NCBI GenBank assembly: GCA_946624065.1
Contig: CAMORT010000004.1
Span: 5,142-69,141 of the forward strand
DNA length: 64,000 nt
DNA from: an uncultured Bacteroidales bacterium
Lineage (GTDB): Bacteria > Bacteroidota > Bacteroidia > Bacteroidales > WCHB1-69
Reading direction: 5' to 3'
The notes under the pieces were generated by a model that saw only the letters and a list, made by a program, of their open reading frames with translations, ran no database searches and had not been told where the DNA came from. Below are positions 1-8,333 of the stretch, in pieces; within the stretch, counting starts at the first letter, position 1, and each line of letters begins with the position of its first letter. A program made the position numbers and the translations under genes.

Positions 1-2
1 AC

Positions 3-230
3 AACCAATATCTGCAAACCCTGCTCACCACCGGCATCCCGGGCATCCTCATACTGATCGCATTCTGCCTCCATCCCCTCGTAGTCGGTATTCACAAAAA
101 GAATATCCTATACATCTCCTTCGCCATCATCCTCATCCTGAACATCGCCGTCGAATCCATGTTTGAAGTCCGAGGCGGGGTCTGTTTCTTTGCCCTCTTC
201 AACACATTGCTATTCTTGAGAACAAAATAA
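3..230 (+). CDS. C-terminal fragment of an O-antigen ligase (Wzy)-like polytopic membrane protein; the 5' end lies outside the window
   Basis: Frame 3 is open from the window edge to TAA at 228-230. The translation NQYLQTLLTTGIPGILILIAFCLHPL...FFALFNTLLFLRTK is strongly hydrophobic. The N-x-Y-L-Q-x-L-x-x-x-G-I-x-G pattern is typical of O-antigen ligase family proteins. Confidence 0.4.
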   Translation, partial: NQYLQTLLTTGIPGILILIAFCLHPLVVGIHKKNILYISFAIILILNIAVESMFEVRGGVCFFALFNTLLFLRTK

Positions 231-316
231 CCCTGCATTTTTAACTTTTTCTTCTTAAAAATACACTAATTTTTATTTAATTTATTTTTATTTTAATAAT
301 TATTTAATAATTTTTG

Positions 317-324
317 TATTTTTG
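317..324 (+). promoter_or_regulatory. Candidate Bacteroidota sigma-A -7 box (TAnnTTTG) for the 377..3748 gene
   Basis: TATTTTTG sits in an AT-rich intergenic region 53 nt upstream of the ATG at 377. Confidence 0.4.
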
Positions 325-376
325 CAGCGCTCAACCATGGGCACTCCAACCGGTGTCCGACAAAATTTATTGAATC

Positions 377-3300
377 ATGAAGAAAAAGTTCTTACTTGGG
401 CTGCTTTTATGCCTGTATGCGAATCTGTTTTTCGCGCAAACATCTGATTATCAATTTCATTTATCCGCAAGTGTGGTGGATGCCACCTGTCAGGGCAATG
501 GCCAGATCCATTGTTCCCTATCTTACCCTGACACTTTGGCGCTGGAACAAATCCGATACTATTACATTCCTCTGTCAGGGTTAGATTCTATTGTGGAAAC
601 CAGCATGCCAACCATAACACACCTGCGAACAGGGCACTATAAGATAAAAGTGTCCGCTCTTTGTCGCACAGGGTTGACACACGAGAATTCTTATGTCATA
701 CTCTCTGATTCCATTGAAGACATCTATGTCGGGACCAGCTACAAAATCCCATTCAGCGGCATGATCTACAACATTTATTCTTTTGCCGCGCCATACGGAA
801 TAGTGCCTTCGCTGCCGTGCGAGCCCACTGGCAAACTACAAGTGAAAATGCACGACGGAACATTCCCGTATCACTTTGTGATTATGCGCATTACACCTAC
901 CGACACCGTTTTTTACAAAGAAATCACATTTGACACCAACCAGTATAGCGGAACGGACTCATTGCGCCACGACTACAAGCATTACTACACGATCGACAGT
1001 TTGGACACAGGCCGATACAAGATCCTATGTTATGACGGATGCGGCTACTACACACCATATCTTTATGTCACTATTCCCAAAGTGCGCCACTTTAACTCCG
1101 CGGATTTGCACCTGTTGAGGAACAGTTCCGGATTTCCTGAAAGCCACAACATCATCACTTTTAAGGAACTGTCTGAAAAACAAAGTTTTGCGGGTTCAAA
1201 TGATGATTATTACCGGAATTATGAAAACGGGCACAACATCTTATATTACCGTTTCATCAACCCTTCGCTAAGCATAGAAAACGACACTACGGCGTGGCTT
1301 CCCATGCCCTTATTCGACCAGAGTGTGTTTCTTTATGACACCCTAAGCCGATTACAGGATTATGGCCAAGTTTGGGGACGAAGCATCATTCTTCAAATCC
1401 AGCCCTACTGCGGGGACACGCTTTTCTCATACACATTCAACATATATAGCCACGGAAACAATCAAATTTATATGGGGCAAGCCATCGAAAACTATGTGGA
1501 AGTGCCTTCTGTGTACACATTCTGTTGGCATCGGGACATGTCTAGCGAGTATGATGCCATCAACGAAGCGATTGCCAGCGAGCATGTTCGCAACCCATGT
1601 TACATGCCGGACACCATCAACTGTCAAAATTATTATGGCTATACCGTGGCTGATTTGGACATGCCTTACTATGTGGGCATAACATTCCACAGCTATATTA
1701 CTTTCCCATTAAAAGCAACTATCATCAATATGACGCACGACACCTTGGTCTTTTCTGGCGAGGTTCCCGGCACCGACTACTTTTGGAGTCATCGGTTTTT
1801 GGAAAACGAAGATTTTCACAACGATTCAGTGCTCCTTATCATCACCGACGCATACGACAACCCATTGATTAGCAGGGTGATGCAATACAGGAAATTCGAT
1901 GCGCATTATAGGTATGGGGGAAATATTCATTATCATAATTGGACTTCTTGGGATCAGGATTTGGATGGGGATTATTTTTGTCCTGACCAACCCCATCACC
2001 TGGGAATCTATCAAAAATACGGGCTATATTATTCCACCATCATCGATGGGGAACGGCACTATTTATATGACAGGGATACTATTTGTTTGGTAGAGAGTCC
2101 GGAGGGCAACAAATACAATCTCACAGCCACGGCGGGGCCGGGTGGCGAATGGGTGGTGAACAGGCTACGGCCTGACAATCATGCCACTTTAGAGAGGTAT
2201 CTTTTCAGAGACAAGGAAACCAACACGGGTTATCCCGGCGTTCTGTTCACTGACACAAACTTGGCTCCCGGACGCTATGTTTGGATTGTTTACAAGCCCT
2301 GTGAAACCAACGACACCATCATACAATATATCGATTATAACCTCCCTGAAATCACAGAGCAGCCGCATTACCGTTTGGACACCACCTGCACCGCGCTGAA
2401 CATCATCCCCGTGAGCGGCCAATACAGCCGGGATGGTGTGGCGTTGGAGACTTTCTTTCAAGTTTATGCGACGGACACGCTCACGCACACTGCCTCCGCC
2501 GTCCACAAAAACGGAACACTGTCCGTCGGACTTCCGGGAACCTACCGTATTGGCATGTACACCTTGCCGCAAAACAACGGAAGACTGCTCGCGCTCAACC
2601 CTTGCTTCGTTGCAGACACTGTGATCGAATGGCGAAACGAAACCATTGAATTGGAATACATTTACGGACATGTATGCAATGAGCACGACACAGAAGGGTT
2701 TGTGCGCGTGAAAGGACAAAAAGGACTAAAGCCCTACACTTACAAACTCTTCAGCGCTCCTAATGGTGGCGGCACACTTATTGCCACCAACAACGACGGG
2801 GTTTTCGACCAGGTGCCCGTGCGGTTCGGGCAAACCGTGTCCGTGGAGCTCACCGATGCCTGCAATGCGCATTTCATCACCAACCTTACCATCAGCGACA
2901 TGGATAAAATCAGAAAGTGCTGGTTGGAAAACGGAGGGAGCAGTATGGTTTTCGATGAAGGGGACACTTGCCACATGTTTGGCTTGTCGTTGGGTGGATG
3001 CAACTACTTGTGGTCGGGGCCAAACGGTTTCCAAAGTGACGAAACAAACATTCATGTTTTTGTCACTGGCCCTGAGGTTGCGGGAACCTATTGCATTGCC
3101 ATTGAAGGCGGGGGGTGTGGCATTCTGCGCGACAGTGTGCGGTTGAGGGTGTTGGAACGTCCCTGTCCGCAAGCGGTGGACTACGACGGCAATCACTACA
3201 ATGCTGTCCGGATCGATGGGTTTTGTTGGACTCAAACCAACCTGCGAAGCACACACTACAGTGACGGGCGGACGGTGGACTCTGCCTATGTGTATGAACA

Positions 3301-3748
3301 CTCGGACTTCACGCAAGAGCAAATGATCGAGACTTTCGGGATGCTGTACCGATGGGCAACGGCCGCGGATTCCGGAAACATCCACTATGCTGACGCCGCC
3401 CACCATGTGCAGGGCATTTGTCCGTCGGGATGGTACCTGCCCACCCGCAGCCAATACGAATGGTTGGCGACATGGGGTGCGGATGCCCTGCGCGCGCCCG
3501 ACTACTGGATTAACGGCGCCGGTGGCCACAACGAAACCGGATTCTCGGCTCTCCCCGCCGGCTTTTACAACGGTCTTCGCAACAGGTTTGAGAACTTGTA
3601 TGGTGAAACACGCTTCTGGTCGATTAATCCCGACGATTTCTCCGAAAATCGGACCGCCAGTACGCTGACCTTTTTCTGCCCCGTCCTGAAACCCGTGGAA
3701 AGCAACGACCTTGACGCCTATTCTGTACGCTGTATTTTGGCCGAATAA
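377..3748 (+). CDS. Large secreted protein with SprB-like Cys/aromatic repeats in the N-terminal and central parts and a C-terminal FISUMP (Fibrobacter succinogenes major paralogous, TIGR02145-like) domain
   Basis: The 1123-aa ORF has a signal peptide, MKKKFLLGLLLCLYANLFFAQ. Repeats follow the pattern C-x-G-x-G...PY-x-(F/Y), for example ATCQGNGQIHC, GTFPYHFVI and GLKPYTYKLF. The C-terminus (DYDGNHYNAVRIDGFCWTQTNL...MLYRWATAA...GICPSGWYLPTRSQYEWL...GFSALPAGFYNG...ETRFWS...AYSVRCI) matches the FISUMP consensus pattern. Confidence 0.75.
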   Translation: MKKKFLLGLLLCLYANLFFAQTSDYQFHLSASVVDATCQGNGQIHCSLSYPDTLALEQIRYYYIPLSGLDSIVETSMPTITHLRTGHYKIKVSALCRTGLTHENSYVILSDSIEDIYVGTSYKIPFSGMIYNIYSFAAPYGIVPSLPCEPTGKLQVKMHDGTFPYHFVIMRITPTDTVFYKEITFDTNQYSGTDSLRHDYKHYYTIDSLDTGRYKILCYDGCGYYTPYLYVTIPKVRHFNSADLHLLRNSSGFPESHNIITFKELSEKQSFAGSNDDYYRNYENGHNILYYRFINPSLSIENDTTAWLPMPLFDQSVFLYDTLSRLQDYGQVWGRSIILQIQPYCGDTLFSYTFNIYSHGNNQIYMGQAIENYVEVPSVYTFCWHRDMSSEYDAINEAIASEHVRNPCYMPDTINCQNYYGYTVADLDMPYYVGITFHSYITFPLKATIINMTHDTLVFSGEVPGTDYFWSHRFLENEDFHNDSVLLIITDAYDNPLISRVMQYRKFDAHYRYGGNIHYHNWTSWDQDLDGDYFCPDQPHHLGIYQKYGLYYSTIIDGERHYLYDRDTICLVESPEGNKYNLTATAGPGGEWVVNRLRPDNHATLERYLFRDKETNTGYPGVLFTDTNLAPGRYVWIVYKPCETNDTIIQYIDYNLPEITEQPHYRLDTTCTALNIIPVSGQYSRDGVALETFFQVYATDTLTHTASAVHKNGTLSVGLPGTYRIGMYTLPQNNGRLLALNPCFVADTVIEWRNETIELEYIYGHVCNEHDTEGFVRVKGQKGLKPYTYKLFSAPNGGGTLIATNNDGVFDQVPVRFGQTVSVELTDACNAHFITNLTISDMDKIRKCWLENGGSSMVFDEGDTCHMFGLSLGGCNYLWSGPNGFQSDETNIHVFVTGPEVAGTYCIAIEGGGCGILRDSVRLRVLERPCPQAVDYDGNHYNAVRIDGFCWTQTNLRSTHYSDGRTVDSAYVYEHSDFTQEQMIETFGMLYRWATAADSGNIHYADAAHHVQGICPSGWYLPTRSQYEWLATWGADALRAPDYWINGAGGHNETGFSALPAGFYNGLRNRFENLYGETRFWSINPDDFSENRTASTLTFFCPVLKPVESNDLDAYSVRCILAE

Positions 3749-3800
3749 ACATTCTTGAAAAAAATAAATTACGAAAGATGCTTTGTTTCAATTTTTTTTG

Positions 3801-3808
3801 TACTTTTG
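3801..3808 (+). promoter_or_regulatory. Candidate -7 box (TACTTTTG) for rpmB
   Basis: A TAnnTTTG motif lies 49 nt upstream of the rpmB ATG, with a TTTG at 3782-3785 upstream of it. Confidence 0.45.
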
Positions 3809-3856
3809 CCGCCCAAAATCAAAAGAGAATATTAATCATTAAAAACGATAGAGAAG

Positions 3857-4090
3857 ATGTCAAGAGTTTGCCAGATTACAGGAAAGAGAGCAGTGGTTGG
3901 TAACAATGTTTCCCACTCTAATATCAAAACCAAAAGAACCTTCAAACCGAACCTGCACACCAAGAAATTCTATGTGCCGGAATTGGACGAATGGGTATAT
4001 CTTAAAGTTTCCGCTCACGGTATGCGCATCATCAACAAGAAAGGCGTTTACGCCACTCTCGTCGAAGCTGCCCAAAAAGGTAACTTATAG
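3857..4090 (+). CDS. rpmB: 50S ribosomal protein L28
   Basis: The 77-aa protein [34 protein letters not shown]... is the canonical L28 N-terminal signature. Confidence 0.95.
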   Translation: MSRVCQITGKRAVVGNNVSHSNIKTKRTFKPNLHTKKFYVPELDEWVYLKVSAHGMRIINKKGVYATLVEAAQKGNL

Positions 4091-4111
4091 TGTTTTGATT
4101 ACACGACCTAC

Positions 4112-4147
4112 AAGCTGTTGTGATGTTCCATCGCAACAGCTTTTTTT
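4112..4147 (+). terminator. Rho-independent terminator after rpmB
   Basis: A 9-bp perfect stem, AAGCTGTTG (4112-4120) with CAACAGCTT (4134-4142), is followed by a T-run to 4147. Confidence 0.65.
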
Positions 4148-4222
4148 ATTACGGATTCACACAATATTTTCCACATTTCTTCGTATATATTCCTTGTGCC
4201 CCCAAAACCAGATTGATCATCA

Positions 4223-6718
4223 TTGAAAAATAAAAAACTGTTTTTCCTGATCCTCACCTTGCTGATGACGACCTTCGCCTATGGTCAGAAGGCCGTCGTG
4301 AAAGGCGTTGTGCTGGACGAGGAGAACCAGCCTATCGAGAATGTGGTCATTCAGGTGCTGGATTATAACACACAAACCATCACCAGTGATTTCGGGCAAT
4401 TTGCCATCAATGTTCCCGAAAATGTGGAATTCCGCCTGTACTTCCAGCAAATCAGCCACCGCGACACGGTATTGCGCTTCAAACTAAAGCCAAGAGAATC
4501 CAAAAACATCACCGTGATCCTGCCCACTATCGGCAACCGGCTGGAGCAGGTGAACATTCAGAGCAATAGCGACAACGGCTATATCCGTGTAAACCCGAAA
4601 CTTTCCTTCCAGATGCCATCCCCGGGCGGCGGCATGGAGTCCATCATCAAGATGATGCCCGGCACCTCATCCGTCAACGAACTCAGTTCCCAATACAATG
4701 TGCGAGGCGGCAACTACGATGAAAACCTGGTTTTTGTAAACGACATACAAATCTATCGTCCGTTTCTTATCCGCAACGCCCAACAGGAAGGTCTGAGTTT
4801 TGTAAACACCGATTTGGCAGGCAATGTCATTTTCTCCGCCGGCGGTTTTGAAGCCAAATACGGCGACAAGATGTCTTCCGTGCTGGATGTCCAGTACAAG
4901 GAACCCACCCAATATGGCGGCTCACTGTCGGTGAGTATGCTGGGCGCCTCCGTACATGCGGAAGGGCGTGTGGACAGCTGCTTTTCGTTCCTGATCGGCT
5001 CCCGCTTCAAGTCCAACTCCTACCTGCTCCGCTCCATGCGCATGGCAGGCGACACCTCCGATTACAAACCACGCTATTTTGACACCCAAATGCTACTCAA
5101 GTGGGATATCTCCAAGAAATTCAGCATCAGTTTCTTAGGCAACATATCCCTCAACAGCTTCATTTACCAGCCCACCAACAGGGAAACCAACTTCGGTCCC
5201 ACGGATATGACCCGACAATTCAAAATCTATTTCGACGGACAGGAGGTGGACCGTTACCAGAATTACCTCGGAGGGCTTACTTTTCATTACCGCCTTAATG
5301 AGAACAACATCTTAAAACTCATTCTCTCCTCATACTACGCCAAAGAGAGTGAAACCTATGATATTCAGGGACAATACTGGTTGCATGAGGTTGAACCGGA
5401 TTTAGAGTCCAGTACTGTACATATTTTGTCAACGCTGGGTTACGGCACCAATTTGGAGCATGCGCGCAACCATATCACCTCCATTGTATCCGCCGCCGAC
5501 CTGAGAGGCGAGCACAAACTGCCCGCATACAACCTGCTGTCTTGGGGTTTTAAAGCCCAAAACGAGATCATCCATGACCAAATCAAGGAATGGACCATGA
5601 ACGACTCCTCCGGACTCACACTGCCCTTCATCTTCAACACTCCCGGCGAGCCCGTACCGCTAGACGATCCTTCCCGAATCCTCACCTTTGGCGAAAACGC
5701 GTACTTAGTTTCCGTCAACAACTTGAATACCATGCGCTTAACGGGGTTCATACAGGACCAATGGAAGATTGATGGCGACAGTTCCTCCCATTACATTCTG
5801 AACGCCGGATTGCGTTTCCACTACTGGACCTACAACAAACGGGAATTCACCGTATCCCCGAGGGTTTCTTTTGTTTACAACCCTCACTGGAAACATGACT
5901 GGATCTTTTCCATCCGCACCGGTCTTTACTATCAGCCGGCCTTTTATCGGGAAATGCGGTATGTGGATGGCACTTTGAATCCAGACATCCGGTCACAACG
6001 ATCCTTTCAAATCGTAGCCGGCGCCGAATACAATTTCAAAATGTGGCGACGGCCGTTTAAATTTACCGCAGAAGCGTATTATAAATATCTGGACCATCTC
6101 ATCTCATATTCCATTGACAATGTGCGAATTACCTACAGTGGTTACAACGATGCCGTGGGTTACGCCACCGGACTTGACTTGAAATTGAGTGGCGAGTTCA
6201 TCCGCGGTCTGGAGTCCTGGTTCGCCGTATCCATCATGGATACCAAAGAGGATATCTTGGATGATTACTACTATGACAAGGACGGTAACCGGATAGAACC
6301 CGGATATCTTCCCCGCCCCACCGACCAACGCATGGCATTCAACCTATTCTTCCAAGACCATATTCCCGGATTCCCGCAATTCCGGGTGCATCTCAACTTT
6401 GTCTTTGCCAGCGGACTTCCGGTAGGTCCCGTAAACGCCCCCGCATATCAACGGGTTCGTGACCCCAAATGGTATCGCCGCGTGGACTTGGGATTCTCGT
6501 TCATGTTCCTTGAGCAAAGCCGCGACCGCATGCGCAACAAGTCCAAATTCATCCGCAGCATCAAAAACGCGGGTATCTATATTGAGGTGTTCAATTTGCT
6601 TGGCACCAAAAATGTGGCATCATACTCTTGGATATCCGATATTTACAACAACTCATACGCCGTTCCGAACTTCCTGACCGGAAGGATGATCAATGTGAAG
6701 TTTGCCGTGGAGTTTTAG
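4223..6718 (+). CDS. TonB-dependent receptor-like outer membrane protein with an N-terminal carboxypeptidase-regulatory-like domain
   Basis: The 831-aa ORF has a TTG start and a signal peptide. KAVVKGVVLDEENQPIENVVIQVLD is CarboxypepD_reg-like. The plug-like segment is NVRGGNYDENLVFVNDIQIYRP. A long beta-barrel-like C-terminal region ends in an aromatic residue (...KFAVEF). Confidence 0.8.
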   Translation: MKNKKLFFLILTLLMTTFAYGQKAVVKGVVLDEENQPIENVVIQVLDYNTQTITSDFGQFAINVPENVEFRLYFQQISHRDTVLRFKLKPRESKNITVILPTIGNRLEQVNIQSNSDNGYIRVNPKLSFQMPSPGGGMESIIKMMPGTSSVNELSSQYNVRGGNYDENLVFVNDIQIYRPFLIRNAQQEGLSFVNTDLAGNVIFSAGGFEAKYGDKMSSVLDVQYKEPTQYGGSLSVSMLGASVHAEGRVDSCFSFLIGSRFKSNSYLLRSMRMAGDTSDYKPRYFDTQMLLKWDISKKFSISFLGNISLNSFIYQPTNRETNFGPTDMTRQFKIYFDGQEVDRYQNYLGGLTFHYRLNENNILKLILSSYYAKESETYDIQGQYWLHEVEPDLESSTVHILSTLGYGTNLEHARNHITSIVSAADLRGEHKLPAYNLLSWGFKAQNEIIHDQIKEWTMNDSSGLTLPFIFNTPGEPVPLDDPSRILTFGENAYLVSVNNLNTMRLTGFIQDQWKIDGDSSSHYILNAGLRFHYWTYNKREFTVSPRVSFVYNPHWKHDWIFSIRTGLYYQPAFYREMRYVDGTLNPDIRSQRSFQIVAGAEYNFKMWRRPFKFTAEAYYKYLDHLISYSIDNVRITYSGYNDAVGYATGLDLKLSGEFIRGLESWFAVSIMDTKEDILDDYYYDKDGNRIEPGYLPRPTDQRMAFNLFFQDHIPGFPQFRVHLNFVFASGLPVGPVNAPAYQRVRDPKWYRRVDLGFSFMFLEQSRDRMRNKSKFIRSIKNAGIYIEVFNLLGTKNVASYSWISDIYNNSYAVPNFLTGRMINVKFAVEF

Positions 6719-6740
6719 TTCCTCACCTTTCTTTTTTTAG

Positions 6741-6748
6741 TATCTTTG
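6741..6748 (+). promoter_or_regulatory. Candidate -7 box (TATCTTTG) driving the cobalamin riboswitch transcript
   Basis: The TAnnTTTG motif lies about 20 nt upstream of the first conserved riboswitch nucleotides. Confidence 0.5.
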
Positions 6749-6764
6749 CCCCGTTTTTGGCGAA

Positions 6765-6912
6765 GCGGTCATTTTTTTGCCGTTTCAGGGAAACAGGTGC
6801 GAATCCTGTACAGTACCCGCTGCTGTAAGTTTCATCCGTTTCCGGCACAAAAAAGTCACTGCCGCAAGGTGGGAAGGCGTGTCGGGAGAAACAAGTCAGA
6901 ATACCGGCCTAA
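6765..6912 (+). promoter_or_regulatory. Cobalamin (B12) riboswitch
   Basis: The conserved core is readable on the + strand: CAGGGAAACAGGTGCGAATCCTGTACAGTACCCGCTGCTGTAAG ... AGTCACTGCCGCAAGGTGGGAAGGCG ... and a B12-box-like AGTCAGAATACCGGCC at 6894-6909. It lies in the 5' leader of the 6990 gene. Confidence 0.85.
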
Positions 6913-6989
6913 AACATGTTGTTAACCGCTTCGGGAGATAAGCGACATGCTGCCCGAGCACCATTATTAACCCATTAAATGCCGAGGTA

Positions 6990-8060
6990 ATGCATTTCAA
7001 ACAACCCTTTTTCCACGGAATCATTTTGTTTATGTTCGCCGTATTTTGCGGTGCCAGCTGCCAGCCCCCCACTCCACCCCCAACCCCTCCCGTTGACACT
7101 CAAGCAAGCGGCATCTACATTCTCAACGAAGGTCTTTTCCAACACAACAACAGCACCATATCATTTTACAACTTCGACACGGGCGATTTTCGCGCAGACT
7201 TGTTTCTTGAGATAAACCAGCGTGGCCTTGGCGACACAGGAAATGACCTTAAACGATATGGCAACAAACTCTACTGTGTGGTCAACAACTCCCATCGGGT
7301 GGAAGTAATGGATTTCGCCACAGCAAAATCCATCAAAGCCATCAGTCTTCCCGGGAAAAGCCCTCGTCATATCACCTTCCACCAAAACAAAGCGTATGTC
7401 TCCTGCTTTGACGGCGATGTGGTGCGTATTGACACAGCCACCTTGGAAGTGGAGCAATCCGTACACTCAGGCAACAACCCCGAAGGTCTCTGCGTATGCA
7501 ACGGCAAACTCTATGTGGCCAATTCCGGCGGACTGAACAATCCGGATTATGACAAGACCGTGTCCGTATTTGATGTCAACACTTTGACTCTGCTGAAGAC
7601 CATCGAGGTCGGGATCAACCCGTACATGGTGGCCGCCAGCGACAACGGACAATATGTGTATGTGTGCACGCGCGGCGATTACATTGACCAGTGCGGCACG
7701 CTCTCCCGCATTGATGCCCATACCGACCAAGTTAGCCAGACATGGCAAAACATCCAAAACTTCTGTTTAGACGGGAACAAAGCATATGTGTATGAGGTGG
7801 ACTACAATGCCGCTTCCAACCCTGTCAAAGTGCTCGACCTTACCAATCCGGATATGGAGCCAACCCTTTTCATTACCGATGGCACCAATTTGCAAATGCC
7901 CTACGGCATCACCGTAAACCCATTGAATGGGGATGTCTATATTACGGATGCTCACAATTTTACAGTCACGGGAGATGTATTCTGTTTCGACAAAAACGGC
8001 AAAAAGAAATTCTCTTTCTCTGCGGGATTGAACCCGAGTGCCATTGTGTTTAAGCAATAG
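6990..8060 (+). CDS. Surface lipoprotein with YncE/YVTN-type beta-propeller repeats, under B12 riboswitch control; a candidate corrinoid-uptake accessory protein
   Basis: The 356-aa ORF has a lipoprotein signal, ...FAVFCGASC, followed by a Pro-rich linker, QPPTPPPTPP. Blade motifs repeat (NKLYCVVNNSHRVEV, NKAYVSCFDGDVVRI, GKLYVANSGG, QYVYVCTRGD, GDVYITDAHN). It is immediately downstream of the riboswitch. Confidence 0.75.
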   Translation: MHFKQPFFHGIILFMFAVFCGASCQPPTPPPTPPVDTQASGIYILNEGLFQHNNSTISFYNFDTGDFRADLFLEINQRGLGDTGNDLKRYGNKLYCVVNNSHRVEVMDFATAKSIKAISLPGKSPRHITFHQNKAYVSCFDGDVVRIDTATLEVEQSVHSGNNPEGLCVCNGKLYVANSGGLNNPDYDKTVSVFDVNTLTLLKTIEVGINPYMVAASDNGQYVYVCTRGDYIDQCGTLSRIDAHTDQVSQTWQNIQNFCLDGNKAYVYEVDYNAASNPVKVLDLTNPDMEPTLFITDGTNLQMPYGITVNPLNGDVYITDAHNFTVTGDVFCFDKNGKKKFSFSAGLNPSAIVFKQ

Positions 8061-8240
8061 GATGTATCGACAAACAGCGAGAACATCATCAATCTCGTTC
8101 TGGTTATACGGAGTGTTGAACACCACCGTAAACCTGCCATGAGCGAGCTCTAGCGCAAGCCATAAAATATCTTCTCTGTTTTTGTTTACATATAGTGTCA
8201 ATTTCGCGCCGCCAAATGCCATTTTCAGGCGGTTTTTTGC

Positions 8241-8248
8241 TATTTTTG
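8241..8248 (+). promoter_or_regulatory. Candidate -7 box (TATTTTTG) for the helicase-nuclease operon
   Basis: The TAnnTTTG motif is 86 nt upstream of the ATG at 8334 and abuts the perfect hairpin at 8248-8278. Confidence 0.4.
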
Positions 8249-8278
8249 CAGAACCACAAAAAATAATTGTGGTTCTGC
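8248..8278 (+). repeat. Perfect 11-bp inverted repeat (hairpin or operator) in the leader of the helicase-nuclease operon
   Basis: GCAGAACCACA (8248-8258) pairs with TGTGGTTCTGC (8268-8278) across a 9-nt A/T loop. The repeat is flanked by the direct repeat TGCTATTTTT at 8238-8247 and 8276-8285. Confidence 0.7.
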
Positions 8279-8333
8279 TATTTTTATAATGAATTATCGC
8301 CATATGACAAAAAGGAGGTTGTTCTAATATTTT

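Noticed and set aside
4223-6718. The idea that the TonB-dependent receptor is the riboswitch-controlled BtuB
   Set aside because: The riboswitch lies downstream of this gene on the same strand, so it cannot control it in cis. No riboswitch-like sequence was seen in the 4148-4222 leader.
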